A stretch of 64,000 bases of DNA from the human T2T-CHM13v2.0 reference genome, Homo sapiens. Positions 41,215 to 53,711 of the stretch are shown here, piece by piece; the first letter of the stretch is position 1, and the number at the start of each line of letters is the position of its first letter. The stretch lies in assembly GCF_009914755.1 (NCBI RefSeq), contig NC_060926.1; one strand, written 5' to 3'. The notes beneath the pieces are model-generated. The model made no database searches and had not been told where the DNA came from. It worked only from the letters and a program-made list of their open reading frames with translations. The position numbers were made by a program, and so were the translations under genes.

Positions 41215-41575
41215 GTGTTGGTCACGACCCATCAGGAAGCAGATGACTCATCTATCTGGGTTATTTGTGGAAAGGTTAATAAAAAGACCATGCAAAAAGC
41301 GTGGTGAAGGTACAGAGAAAGCACAAGAAATGGTCGGTCAGGTATTCTGGGGGCAGTAGCAACTGCCAGGAGAGCCTGGCAGAGCAAAGGAAGAAAACAG
41401 TTTCCTAACTCCAAAGAGGGCGGCCACATGGAGAGAGCTGCTTGTACAGAGGGAAGGGAGTTTGAATTCCCAAACTTCCTTCACTTCTCACCCTCTGATC
41501 TCCTAGTGCTTCCACTGGCTGAACTCTGGAAGTCAGAGGGAAGGGAGCCCATTCCAAATGAGGCACAGAGAAAGG
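41215..41575 (-). mobile_element. Ancient ERVL-type LTR relic
   Basis: ccctctgatctcc...cactggctgaactc...ggaagtcagagggaagggagccc motif. Confidence 0.45.
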
Positions 41576-41579
41576 CAGA

Positions 41580-42141
41580 TGTATTAGAACTTTTTGCTGC
41601 AAAATAAATAAACATAATGTTAGCAACTTAGGGCAAAGTTTGTTAAGTCACAAAACATTTGTCATGTTACAGTTTCTGTAACTCACAAGCCCAGGTACAG
41701 ATTAGCTGGGTCCTCTCCTTTAGGGTCTCATCATGCTAGAATCCAGGGCTGGGCTCTCATCAAAGTCTCAACTGGGGAAATATTCACTACCTTGTGGTTG
41801 TTGGCTGAGTTGCATTCCTGCAGTTGTAGGACTGAGGTCCTGTTTTCTTGCTGGATGTCATCAGTGTCCACTCTCAGCTTCTAGAGTTCCCTGCCATGTG
41901 GCCTCCCTGGGCCCTCTCACTATGTGGCTGCTTGCTCCTCCAAAGCCAGCAAGGGGGAGCCTCCAGCTCCAGTTTGCTAAGATGGAGTCTTATACAATGT
42001 GATGGACCCATGGGAGAGAAATCCCATCACCTTTGCCATATTCTCTTGGTTAGAGGCAAGTCACAGGTGACACCTACCAATAACACACAGGCATGGACAC
42101 CAGCAGGAATTATTGGGGATACTCTAGGGTCTGTCCTTCTA
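41580..42141 (-). mobile_element. MLT1F-like MaLR LTR
   Basis: tgtattag...acagtttctg...ttagctgggtcctct...catcacctttgccatattctcttggttagaggcaagtcac. Confidence 0.75.
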
Positions 42142-43699
42142 GGGGAGAAGATTAGAGAGGGGAGGGGAGGGGATCCTGTGGGACAAACACACAATGCTCA
42201 GCATCCTGAGGCCCGGCTCCTTCTTAGTCCTTACCTGACTCTTCCAGATGTCAAGTCATAGACACAGATGAGCTCAACTCTGTGGGGCTTTACAACTCAT
42301 CCAGTCTCACCTGCTCACTTTGGAACTGAGAAAGCTGAGGGGTAGAAGATCTCCAACTTCTCTAGGATCTGAAAGCCAGAACCCATTTCCCATGTTCTTC
42401 CCCCCTGGCCATGGTTCAGTGATTCCTTGTTAGAACTCAAATTAGAATGCAGGGACATAAGCTGTCAATGCATGGATGTTCCTCACAGTTCATCTAATGA
42501 CCAAGAACTTAGGTGGGAAGGGCACTCTTCACTCAAAAGTAGGTGCCACTTCTGTTTGGAAGGCATGATTCCAGAGGGTAAGACTTCTGTCTACCATCAT
42601 GTCTTCTTGTTCTTGGTAATGAGTTGTCAAATCTCACCAGCTCAACTTCCAGATGGTAGCCAATGCATTGTTCCCCAGAACAAGCAGATGAGATCATTTT
42701 TCCCTCCCCTCAGGCCAGCCAAGGAAGGTTTCTCTTTGGTCTGTGTGTTTATGGTTCTCTCCATCTTCCAGCTGTATAGCCACAAGCCACCTTGCCAATG
42801 TCTTTCAGTATTTATTGGGGAACCTTGGCTATAAAAGGTTTCAGGAGTATGAGTTTTCACAAATCCTGTAATACTTGACTGTTTTATCAAGATAGTTTTC
42901 TTTGAGGGGAGGGGAGATATGTGCAGGGGTGGGGAGGGGACCCTCTGCATTCCTTATACTCTTACATTTCCCGAAGATTTCACTGAGTCCTCCTGACTCT
43001 GTTTCCTGGAGGCAGGGCTGCACAGAGATGAGGAAACAGCCATAGATGATGATTTCTATATGGGCTCCTGGGAATAAAAATGGCCTCAGGCTATATAGAA
43101 ATGAATCACCAAACCTGGCAGCTCCTTCCTCATTGCTATTCCAACATCCCTTCCAGACAGATTTTCAAATAAAGTACAGGGAGTAAAAAAGACACCAAAT
43201 AAAGTACAGGGAGAGAAAAAGACATACATCCCATGCATATGCTCCCACGGAAAACATATGATCACTTAGAAAAGACGTTAGACAGGTGAGGGGTTTGTGA
43301 GCAACTTGTCATTAATTTTGGTTTCTAAATTTGCTTCACAGCTCATCCTGCTTCATACTCCTTTCCAATGAAGATTTTTAAGTTTTTGGCACATGTGGAA
43401 CGAAGTAAAAAATATCCTATCATATTCCACAAAGAATAAAATTCTTCACACTCTAGAATTTCCAGTAATCATAAACTTTCTCTAAGCAGGTATGCTTAAC
43501 TTCTCATCTCACAATCACTCAATATTTGTCCCCATCTCTAGAAATAGAAACAGGAATCTCATTGCCTTGAAAAGTTATTATTAAATTGGCAAGCAATGAA
43601 CTATTTACTAATTAATAAATGAATATTTATTTCATACCTACTATTTTCTAGACATTTTCAAGGCTCTGGAAGTAGAAAGACAAAAAAGATTTAGTTTCC

Positions 43700-44098
43700 T
43701 GTCTGATTGATTTTATGTGTCAACTTGTCTAGGTTATTGTGCTCAATTGTGTGGTCGAACACCAGTCTAGATATTGCTGTGAAGATACTTTTATATATGA
43801 TTAATATTTTAATCACTAGACTTTGAGTAAAACTGAGTAAAGCAAATTATCCTCCATGATGTGGGTAAGTCTCACCCAATTAGTTGAAGGCTTTCAGCAC
43901 AAAGACTGAAGGAGAGGGAATTCTCCTGAAGACTGGAACATAGAAACTCTGCCTAAATTCCAGCCTGCTGCCCTGTGGAATTCAGACTAAAGACTGGAGC
44001 GTCAACTCTTGCCTAAGTCTCCAGCCTGCAGGCTGGCCCTATGGATTTCAGACTTGCTGGTCCCCACAAGTGCATCAGACAATTCCTTAAAACAACTC

Positions 44099-44145
<47 letters not shown>

Positions 44146-44180
44146 ATGAGTCCTGTTTCTCTGGAAAGCCCTAACATATG
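43700..44180 (+). mobile_element. MLT2B LTR (5' LTR of an ERV-L provirus)
   Basis: ttttatgtgtcaacttg...aacaccagtctagatattgctgtgaag...ctgtttctctggaaagccctaa. Confidence 0.88.
44101..44144 (+). repeat. (GATA)11 tetranucleotide microsatellite
   Basis: 11 perfect GATA units counted directly. Confidence 0.97.
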
Positions 44181-44216
44181 GGTCTTAGTGCCAAGAGAGC
44201 CTTTAAAGGAACAGAG

Positions 44217-45860
44217 TTTTTTTTTTTTGTTTCATTTTATTTTCAGCTGACAAATAATGATTGTTTATATTTATAGAGTACAAAGTGATATTTTGATACA
44301 TGTGTATATGGTAGAATGATCAAATCAAAGCAATTAGCATATCCATCACCTCATCCAATTATCATTTCTTGTGGTGAGAACATTTAAAATCCTCTCTCTT
44401 CACCATTTTGAAATACACAATATATTATTATTACCTATAATCACCCTACTGTGCAAACACTAGAACTATTCCTCTTATCTGACTGCAACTTTGTGTCTGT
44501 TGACCAACGTCTTTCCTTTCCCCATCCATCCTTCCCCATACTATCCCCCAACACACTCAGCCTCTGCCAATCACCATTCTACTCTCTACTTCTGAGTTCA
44601 TATTTTTCAGATTCCACATACAAATGAAATCACATGGTATTTGTCTCTCTGTGCCTGGCTTATTATACTTAACATAATGACCTCATTTTGTATCCTCATT
44701 TGTAGGATCCTCATTTGCAGGATACAAAATGTTGTTGCAAACGACAGAATTTCTGGCTTTTTAAGGCTGAATGATATTCCACTGTGTATCTCTACCACGT
44801 TTTTCAAAATCTATTCATCCATTGATTTTTTAATCCATTCATCCAATTTAATCCAGTTAGGTTGTTTCCATATCTTGGATATTGTAAATAATGCTGAAAT
44901 GAACATAAGGGTGTAGACATCCTAAAAATGCCACCAAAAACTGTTAGAACTGATAAATTTAGTAAAGTGGCAGGATACAAAATCAATGTACAAAAATCTG
45001 TAGTGTTTCTATAAACTAACAACAAACTGTCTGAAAAAGAAATTAAGAAAAAAATCCCATTTACAATAACATGAAAAAATACTTAGAAGTAAATTTAACC
45101 AAGAAAGTGAAATACCTGCATACTGAAAGCTATGAAACATTGATGAAAGAAATTAAAGATGACACAAGTAAATGGAAATATATATCATGTTCATGGATTG
45201 GAAGAATTAATATTGTTAAAATATCCATACTATCCAAAGCAATCTATGGATTCAATATAATCTCTACCAAAATTCCCATGCCATTTTTCAAGGAAATAGA
45301 AAAAATAATCCTGAAATATACATGCAACTATGAAGACTGCAAATAGCCAAACAATCTTAACCAAAAAGAATAAAGTTATATGCATTACACTACTGGATTT
45401 CAAAATATATTACAAAACTACACTAATCAAAACAGCCTGATACTGGCTGAAACTGAAGATCCACATACAGAAGAAAGAAAATAGATCCTTATCTCAGCCC
45501 TTATACAATAATTAATTCAAAATTAATTAAAGACTTAAACATGAGACCTAAAGCTATAAAACTGTTAGAAGCAAACCTAGGAAAAGCTCCATGGCATTGG
45601 TCTGGACAGAGATTTCTTGGATATAATCCTAAAAGCACAAGCAATAAAAGGAAAAATAAACAAATGGGATTACATGAAACCAAAAAGCTTCTGCATAGTA
45701 AAGAAAACAGTTTAGTAGAGTGAAAAGACAACCCATGGATTGAGGGAAAAAATATGTTCAAAGCATACTTTGGCTAAGAGTTAATATCTAAAATATACAA
45801 GGAACTCACTACTCAATAACAGCAACAACAATAACAACTAAATCTATTTAAAAATTGGAA
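44217..45860 (-). mobile_element. L1MA insertion with 5' inversion (minus ~44217-44915, plus ~44916-45860)
   Basis: Poly(T) and minus-strand 3' end joined to plus-strand ORF2 (KWKYISCSWIGRINIVKISILSKAIY). The host ERV-L leader resumes afterwards. Confidence 0.8.
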
Positions 45861-48800
45861 GAGAAAAAGAATCTCAAGGATGAGTTTTCTGAATTGATTC
45901 TGGAGTTTCTGGAGTTAGTCCTCTGATTTGATTAGATATAAAGGCACTCATGATTCTATTTTCAGTAGTAAGGAGAACACTAACAGTACATAGTGTGATG
46001 TGGCAATAGAAATGCACAAAATACCACCACTACACACTCCTAATCAAATACTTGTAAGAGGCAAAATTCCAGGTGACTATATTTGATACCTTAGAACATT
46101 TTTTTTTGTCAAACTGACAAGCATAATGAGATTGGCTGATAGCTTCTAATTGCACTGAACAAAGTGGGAAAAGAAAAGGATGAGCTCAGAGATTCTAATT
46201 TTCAGATCTAACACTGTATAAATGACCTGGAGGTTTCTATGTCTTCCCTGAAAGAGACCCTATTTCCTGAAGCCGCAGAGCTGAGATTGCTAAAAACCAC
46301 ATCTAGTATCTCATCTGGTGAGTGGCTGAATTATAATGCAAATTTATTAACTTCTCAAGGTAGGTGCTATTAAAATGATGGTATTAACTGCAAAGAAATG
46401 GGACCCTGAGAGCTGGAATAAGACATACTACTGATGATGGTATTATAAATTAGTACAGCCATTTTGGATTCTTAACATTAGGTCTCTAAATTCTGGCAAG
46501 TCTTTTTTGCCAGTGGAAGCAGCCACTCAACCCGTCTGAGGAGATAAACCCTTCATTGCCTGAGAAACCTGTTATGGCTCCCCTGAGATAGGTGCCTTAC
46601 AAGATAATTCTGAGTCTCCCAGGACTCCCCTTCTTGCATTCATCTTTGGTTCCAGACTTTAGTCTAGTCCTAAAAGACTAGACTTTTAGGACTAGACTCA
46701 AGTCCTAAAAGAGAGGTGCAGAGTGCGCCTGTGAGAAGGTGTACTACACTTCAAAAGAACTACTTGATTTTTCCAATTTATGCCAACAGCAACAGGGAAT
46801 ATATATAGAAATGAATGCTAAAGATGTGGAAAAATGGTAGAAATTAACTTGGATCAGGCCAAATTTACAAATATGTTCCCACTAAGCAGAGATTCTGGAC
46901 TTCATGTTGCAGCTCTAACCATTTGTTTGGTTGGTTGACCAAAACATGAACCAAAAGCTGGCTTGCACTAAATAAAGTAAAAAAGGCAGACTTGTCCTGG
47001 TGTACTGCAGAGGAAAAAATTCAAAGGCTTAAGAGATTGAAATATTAGGGTGGATTTATTATTTAAGATCTGCTCACCCATGCTGAGAGGGTCCAGAGGA
47101 CATACTTTTCACCCTGACTGTGAAATAAATTTATAAGGGGAACTCTAGCATCTTCAAAGAGCTCTGTGGTTGTTCTTGCCTGTAGGGTAGAAATTACAGT
47201 GGGAACTACTGCCATAGAATTGGGAAACCCAGATGCAGTGAAATTAATTGGATCCCAGGGTAGCAGGAGTCAAGTGGTGGCACTTAATAACCAAAGGCAA
47301 GGTGGGTGTGGTTGCCATAATGGACAGCAAAATCATAGCAATCATCAGAATAGTCGGACTCTCAGAGACCTGTGGCATTTGCTAAATGATCATGGTGTTC
47401 TTAGAAGTGAAAAGATAAGCAGACTATTAAATTCTTATGTGATTTGCACGAGCAAAAGAGTTCTAGGTCAAGTGAACTAAAATTTAACTTGAATCACAAA
47501 AACACAGAGTCATGACCCCTTAATCAATACCCAGAATTGTGCCAGTTTACAGACCCAGGACCCCTTTAATGAATGGGAGGCTGGGTCTCTTGAGGAAGGG
47601 CTCTGCTACACTGCCAGAAATTTATACTGTTAATTTTTTCCCAGCCTTTTGCAAATGGATTATAGCCTTTTACCAAGGTCATCATCACTGGGAAAAAGGA
47701 ATAACCATATTTTAGGGAAGAAGAGTGGACACTGGCTCTGAACTGATGCTAATTTCAAGAGAGCAAAAATATCACTGTGGTCCACCAGTTAGAGTAGGGA
47801 CTTGTGGAGGTCAGGTGATCGATGAAGTTTTAGCTCAGGTTCATCTCACAGTGGGCCTTGTGGGTCTTTGAGCCCATCCTGTGGTTATTTCCTGAATTCC
47901 AGAATGTGTGATTGTAATAGACATGTTCAGCAACTAGCAGAGTCCCCATTTCGACTCCTTGACCTATGCAGTGAGGTCTATTATGGTAAATAAGGCCAAG
48001 CAAAAGCCACTAGAACTGCCTCTACCTAGAAAAATAGTAATGCAAAAGCAATACTGCATTCCTGATGGGATTTCAGAGATTAGTGCCACCATCAAGGACT
48101 TGAAGGATGCAGAGGTGGCACATTTAACTCACTCATCTGGCCTGTATACACCATGGAATATTATACAGCCATAAAAAGAACTAGATCATATCTTTTGTAG
48201 GAACATAGATGGAGCTGGACGCTGTCATCCTTAGCAAACTAATGCAGGAAGGGAAAACCAAATACCACATGTTCTCCCTTATTAGTGGGAGCTAAATGAT
48301 AAGCACTTATGAACACAAAGGCTGGGCGTGGTGGCTCATGCCTGTAATCTCAGCACTTTGGGAGGCCAAGGTGGGTGGATCACTTGAGGTCAGGAGCTTG
48401 AGAAGAAAATGGATCTTGGAAAATTAAAGTATATTACTGTAAACTTAACCAAGTAATAACTCCAATTGAAGCCACTTTATCAGATGTGGTTTCATTGCTT
48501 GTGCAAATTAACACATCCTCTGGTACCTGGCATGCAGTTATTGATCTTGTTAATGCTTTTTTTCTACCCCTGTTAGTAAAAACCACCAGAAGCAGTTTGC
48601 TTTCAACAGGCGAGTCCAGTAATACACATTCACTATCCTACCTCAGTGGTATATCAACCCTCCAGCCCTATGTCAGTATCTAGTTTGTGGGGATCTTGAT
48701 CACCTCTTTGTTCCACAAGTTATCAAACTGGTCTATTACATGGATAACATTCTGCTGATTGGACCTAGTGAGAAAGAAGTAGCAACTACTCGAGACTAAG

Positions 48801-49425
48801 GCATGAAGACATGAACATAGAAACTGAGACATGGAGACAAAACAATGAACTCAAGACTGCTATCTGGCCACTTTGGACTCCTCATGTGTCTGAATCAACA
48901 GGCAAAATATGGAGTTACTATACTGGCTGGGTGATTGGCACTGGTTACACAGTGGATGTTGGACTGCTTCTCCACAATGGAGATAAGGAATAATATGTCT
49001 AGAATACAGCAGATACCTTAGGTTGTCTGTTAGTACTACCATGCCCTGTGTTTAACATTAATGAAAAACTACAACAACCCAATTCAGGCAGGACTACTAA
49101 TAGCCTAGATCCTTCTAGAATAAAAATCTGAGTCGCCCCAGCTTAAGAACCACAGCCAGCTGAGGCACTTGTAGAGGGAAAATGGAATATATAATGGTCA
49201 GTGGAAAAAGATAGCTATAAATACTAACTATGACTATGTGACAAGTTGCAGAAATAAAGACTATTTGTTATGAGTATTTCTACCTCATTTTTATGAATAT
49301 GTGTATATATAATCTTTTTCTTCTCTATCTTATCCCCTTATCAGATTTCAGTATTGTTAATTTTGCAATGTAGCATTTAAGTTAAAGGATATCAAGGAGA
49401 AAAGGGAACACTACCCAAAGACTTT
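45861..49425 (+). mobile_element. HERV-L/ERVL internal region (decayed gag, pol, dUTPase); no 3' LTR
   Basis: KAKQKPLELPLPRKIV..KQYCIP..GISEISATIKDLKDA; RT motif WHAVIDLVNAFF; degenerate YxDD ([10 protein letters not shown], ~48735); dUTPase-like VIG..Y..DVGLLLHNG. Confidence 0.88.
48144..48403 (+). mobile_element. Chimeric L1 3' fragment (48144-48319) plus Alu 5' fragment (48320-48403)
   Basis: atacaccatggaatattatacagccataaaa...gaacacaaa|ggctgggcgtgg...aggagcttgaga, with no tail. Confidence 0.85.
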
Positions 49426-49426
49426 G

Positions 49427-49560
49427 TAATAAACAGCCTTTCCCCAAAGAAAACTCCAGGCCCAGATAACTTCAATGGTGAATTTTGTCAAATACTTTAA
49501 AAAGCAACAGTGTCAGTCTGACACAAGCTCTTTCATATAATAGAAGAGAAGGGCAAAAAG
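49427..49560 (+). mobile_element. L1 ORF2 fragment
   Basis: aaagaaaactccaggcccagataacttcaatggtgaatt (KSPGPDGF-like region). Confidence 0.7.
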
Positions 49561-49644
49561 GAGCAGCGAGTCCTACTCGCAAGAGAATAAGGATAAGCTT
49601 CATATGAGACGCAATGCTTTAGAAGTCCTAAAAGATGTGCATGT

Positions 49645-49974
<330 letters not shown>

Positions 49975-50189
49975 TTACATTTCTTTCCTACAGCTTCTAC
50001 ATCTTTGTCCCATTTCTGTCCCTTTGACACATGCAGATCACATGTAGCTTAACTATCACAGAATGGCCTTTGAAATACTCAAAAGAGTGCCTTTGTGACA
50101 CAGTTACTTCCTCTGATTTCCAGTCCCTCACTATTTCTGGCACATTCATCTTGAAAACTCGCACTTGTCGATATCACTCTGGAGACAAC

Positions 50190-50410
50190 ATGGCAGAGTG
50201 GATAGAAACCCTCAGGCCCTGATATCAGGAAGATGTGGGCTGAGATGCTCTGCTACTATTGTGACTTTCAGCAGGTCATTCAATTTGCCAGTGACAATTT
50301 TCACATTTTCTAAATCAAAATGATAACACTACCCACCTCTAGAACTGTTGGAGATTTAAATGAGAGAATGCATTTGAATTTATTCACTAGTTCCTAGGCT
50401 TAATACATGT
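50190..50410 (+). mobile_element. MIR relic
   Basis: tgtgactttcagcaggtcattcaa...ttttcacattttctaaatc...gagatttaaatgaga. Confidence 0.55.
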
Positions 50411-50959
50411 TTATGTTGTTCTTTTTCTCATTATATAAAATCCTAAAACTGAACATAGCTCTCCTAAGAAAGAGGAGCCAAGAACCATCCTCCCTTTATC
50501 TAATATACAGTGAAAGTGTGGTTTTTAAAAGTAATATTCCTATTAAGGAGATCCCAATTTCACCAATTTTTAGCAATCACAGTACTCTACTGATTTATGT
50601 TAAGTTTATGGCTGATACAAATACTAAGAGCTTTTCTTTGCATGCCAGTGATGCCAACGCATGTTTCTACCCTGCACTAGAATCTCTGTTTTGTTTTGTT
50701 TCTTAATTTAGAAATATTAAGTTAATATATGCGTATGGAAATTCTTTCCAATGTGCAACAGGGAATTCACTGAAAATAAAGATGCCCTTCTACCACTAAG
50801 TCAAGAGTTTCCCTGTTTCTTTCTCTAAAATTGACCATCATTACTAACTTCTTGATATTCTACCAGAGACGGTATCTGTCTCTCCCAAAGCCTCCCCTAA
50901 AAAAACTCTACTATTTTTATAAAATACTACTTATCATATTTATCTTTCATTGATTGGCT

Positions 50960-51123
50960 TTTGGTATTTTATCTAAAAGCTTATCACCATATCCAAGGTT
51001 ATTTTATTTTCTTCTATGATCCCTTGGAGTTTTATAGTTTTGCATTTTACATTTAGGTCTGTGATTAACATTAAGTTCATTTTTGTGTAAAATGTAAGGT
51101 CTGTGGCTAGATTCTTTTTTCTT

Positions 51124-51156
<33 letters not shown>

Positions 51157-53405
51157 CATGTAGGTGTGTCCTCCAATATTTCTAGCACTGTTTGCGCTGA
51201 AAGCTTGTCAATTCTCCATTGAATTGTCATTGTTGCTTTGTCAAAGGTCAATTGACTATCTGTGTGAGACTATTTCAGAGCATCTATGTGTCTATTCTTT
51301 TGCCAGTGCTGCACCGTCTTCATTACTGTAGTTTTATAGTAAGCCTTGAAGTCAAATAGTGTGAGACTTCCAACTTCATTTTCCTTCTTTAGTGTTATGT
51401 TGGCTATTCCAGATTTTTTTGCCTATAGAATCAGTTTGTTGATATCTAAATTGGCTTGCTGATATTTTTATTGGAATTGTATTAAATCTAGATCAAGTTG
51501 GAAAGGATTGATGTCTTAACAATATTGAGTGTTCCAATTCATAAGCACAGAGTATCTCCCTGTTTAGATCTTGAATTTCTTTGATCAGAGTGTTGTAGTT
51601 ATTCACATATAATTACTGTACATATTTTGTTATATTTAAACTTAAATATTTTATTTTGGGTTACTATTGTGAATGCTATTTTTTAAAAAATTCAAAATCC
51701 CATTGTTTGTTGATGGTGTGTAGCAAAGCAATTTACTTTTGCTTATTAATCTTGTATCCTGCAATCTTGCAATCAGTTATTAGTTTTAGGAGCTTTGTTG
51801 TCAATGACAATCATGTCATCTGTAAACAAAAATAGTTTTATTTTATTTTCCTAATTGGCATACTTTTTATTTTGTTTTCTTGTATAATTGTACTAGCTTA
51901 ATTGGACTACCTAAGACATCCAGTATTATGTTGAATAGAAGTGGTGAGAGAGGGCACCTTGGCCTTATTATCAATCTTAAGGGAAAAGCATACAGTTTAC
52001 AGGTAGATATGTTTTTTTTTCTTCCAACACTAAATATTTACCCAACTCTGTTGTTTGCCTGGTTTCTGATAGAAAGTCCAAAACAATTTTTATCTTTGTT
52101 CCTTTGTAAGTTAGGTGTTTTGTTTTATTTTGAACTGCTGACTTCTTTCTAGATTTTCTCTGTATATGTGGTTTGCTTCAATGTGGATATTATAAGTGTA
52201 CTTGTAGAATTTGGGGGTATTTATTCTGCTTGGTTTTTCCAAGATTTCCGAATCTGTGGTTTTAAGTCTGTCATTAGTCTTGGAAAGCTTTTGGCCATAT
52301 TACTTCAAATTTTTATTCCACTTTATTCTGTCTTCCTTCTTCTTCTGGCATTCTGCATAAGTTATTCCTGTTAAAATTTTCCCACAGTTCTTATACATTC
52401 TATTATGCTTTTATTCTCTTTTCTCATTGCATTTTCACTTAGGAAATACTTGCTGACATATCTTCAACCTCAGATCCTTTCCTTGGCTTTGTCCAGTCTG
52501 CTGCTGAGATTATCAAAGGCATTCTTCATTTCTGTTACAGTGTTTTATTTTTAGCATTTTTCATTAATTCTTTCTTAGAGTTTCCATCTCTGTGCTTACA
52601 TTATCCATCTGTTCTTGCATGTCGTCTACTTTTTCCATTAGAACTCTTAACATATTAATCATAATTAATGTAAATTTCCCATCTGGTAATTCCAAGATCT
52701 GTGTCTTTTTTCAGTCTAGTTCTGATGCTTACTTTCTCTTTAGACTCTTTTTTCTTGCCTTGTAGCATGTTTTGAAATTTTATTTAAAACCTGAACACAG
52801 GTAACAGGAACTGAGGTAGATAGCCTTTAGCATAATATGTTATGTCAGTGTGGTTAGGAGTGGGATTTGCCTAATATTTCTTCATGTGCCAGCAACTTCA
52901 AGTTTCTCTAATGTCTTTGTTTTTGTATCCTCCTTTGCTTTTGGGTTTCCCTAAGAACTCCTACTTAAATAGAAGTTGTGTCTTGCAGTTCTGTCAACTG
53001 TAGCCCACTGTTATTATACTGGAACAAAGCTGTGGTAGGGTATTTTTCCTTGGATAGCAAGTCTTTGTTATGGAGAACACTCTAGGTATATTTCAAAATG
53101 ATTAATTTCCTACCCTTGTAAGAGTCATGAGGTAATTTTTCTTGGATATTCCCATATATTCATCAAATTTGCCATTTAAGTGTTCCTACTGATTCATATT
53201 TCCTGCAGGTTCCACTCCAAGTAAGCAGATATTCACTGTGACTCTTCGTATTTGCCTGTCTTTCCTGATTTCAGGGAGGTGGTTTGCTCTGTGACCTCAA
53301 TTCTCTGGTGATTGATCTTTAGTTTTTCAGCTTTTTTGTTGTCAAAAACAAATGGGAGTAATGACTCCCAATATATTTATATGCTAGAGCTGAAACTAGA
53401 AGTCC
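50960..53405 (-). mobile_element. Old L1M fragments (ORF2 50960-51995; ORF1/5' region 51995-53405)
   Basis: Antisense L1 motifs (gttgaatagaagtggtgagagagggcacctt); degenerate ORF (TFDKATMTIQW). Confidence 0.75.
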
Positions 53406-53414
53406 TAGGGTACT

Positions 53415-53660
53415 TTTCTAAATTCATTTTAATTGAAATAATTGCAGATTCACTTGCAGTTGTAAGAAATATGAGATATATTGTACAATTTTCCCAGTTT
53501 GCCTTAATGGTAACTGTGCAAAACTATAGAATAATTTCAAAACCTGGATTTTGACATTGATAAAATCCACCAATCTTTTTTACTTTTTCACAATTTTACT
53601 TGTACCCATTTTTCTGTGTGTGTGAATGTGTGTGCATGCATATTTTAGTTCTATACATTT
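53415..53660 (-). mobile_element. L1M 3' end fragment
   Basis: ttgaaataattgcagattcacttgcagttgtaagaaat motif. Confidence 0.6.
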
Positions 53661-53711
53661 TTTTATTCCATAAACTGTAACTTACTTATCTTTTACTGGA
53701 CTTTATAATTT

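Noticed and set aside
44685-44725. 15-bp tandem repeat atcctcatttg(t/c)agg
   Set aside because: Short slippage duplication within a decayed L1; no spacer structure, not CRISPR-like.
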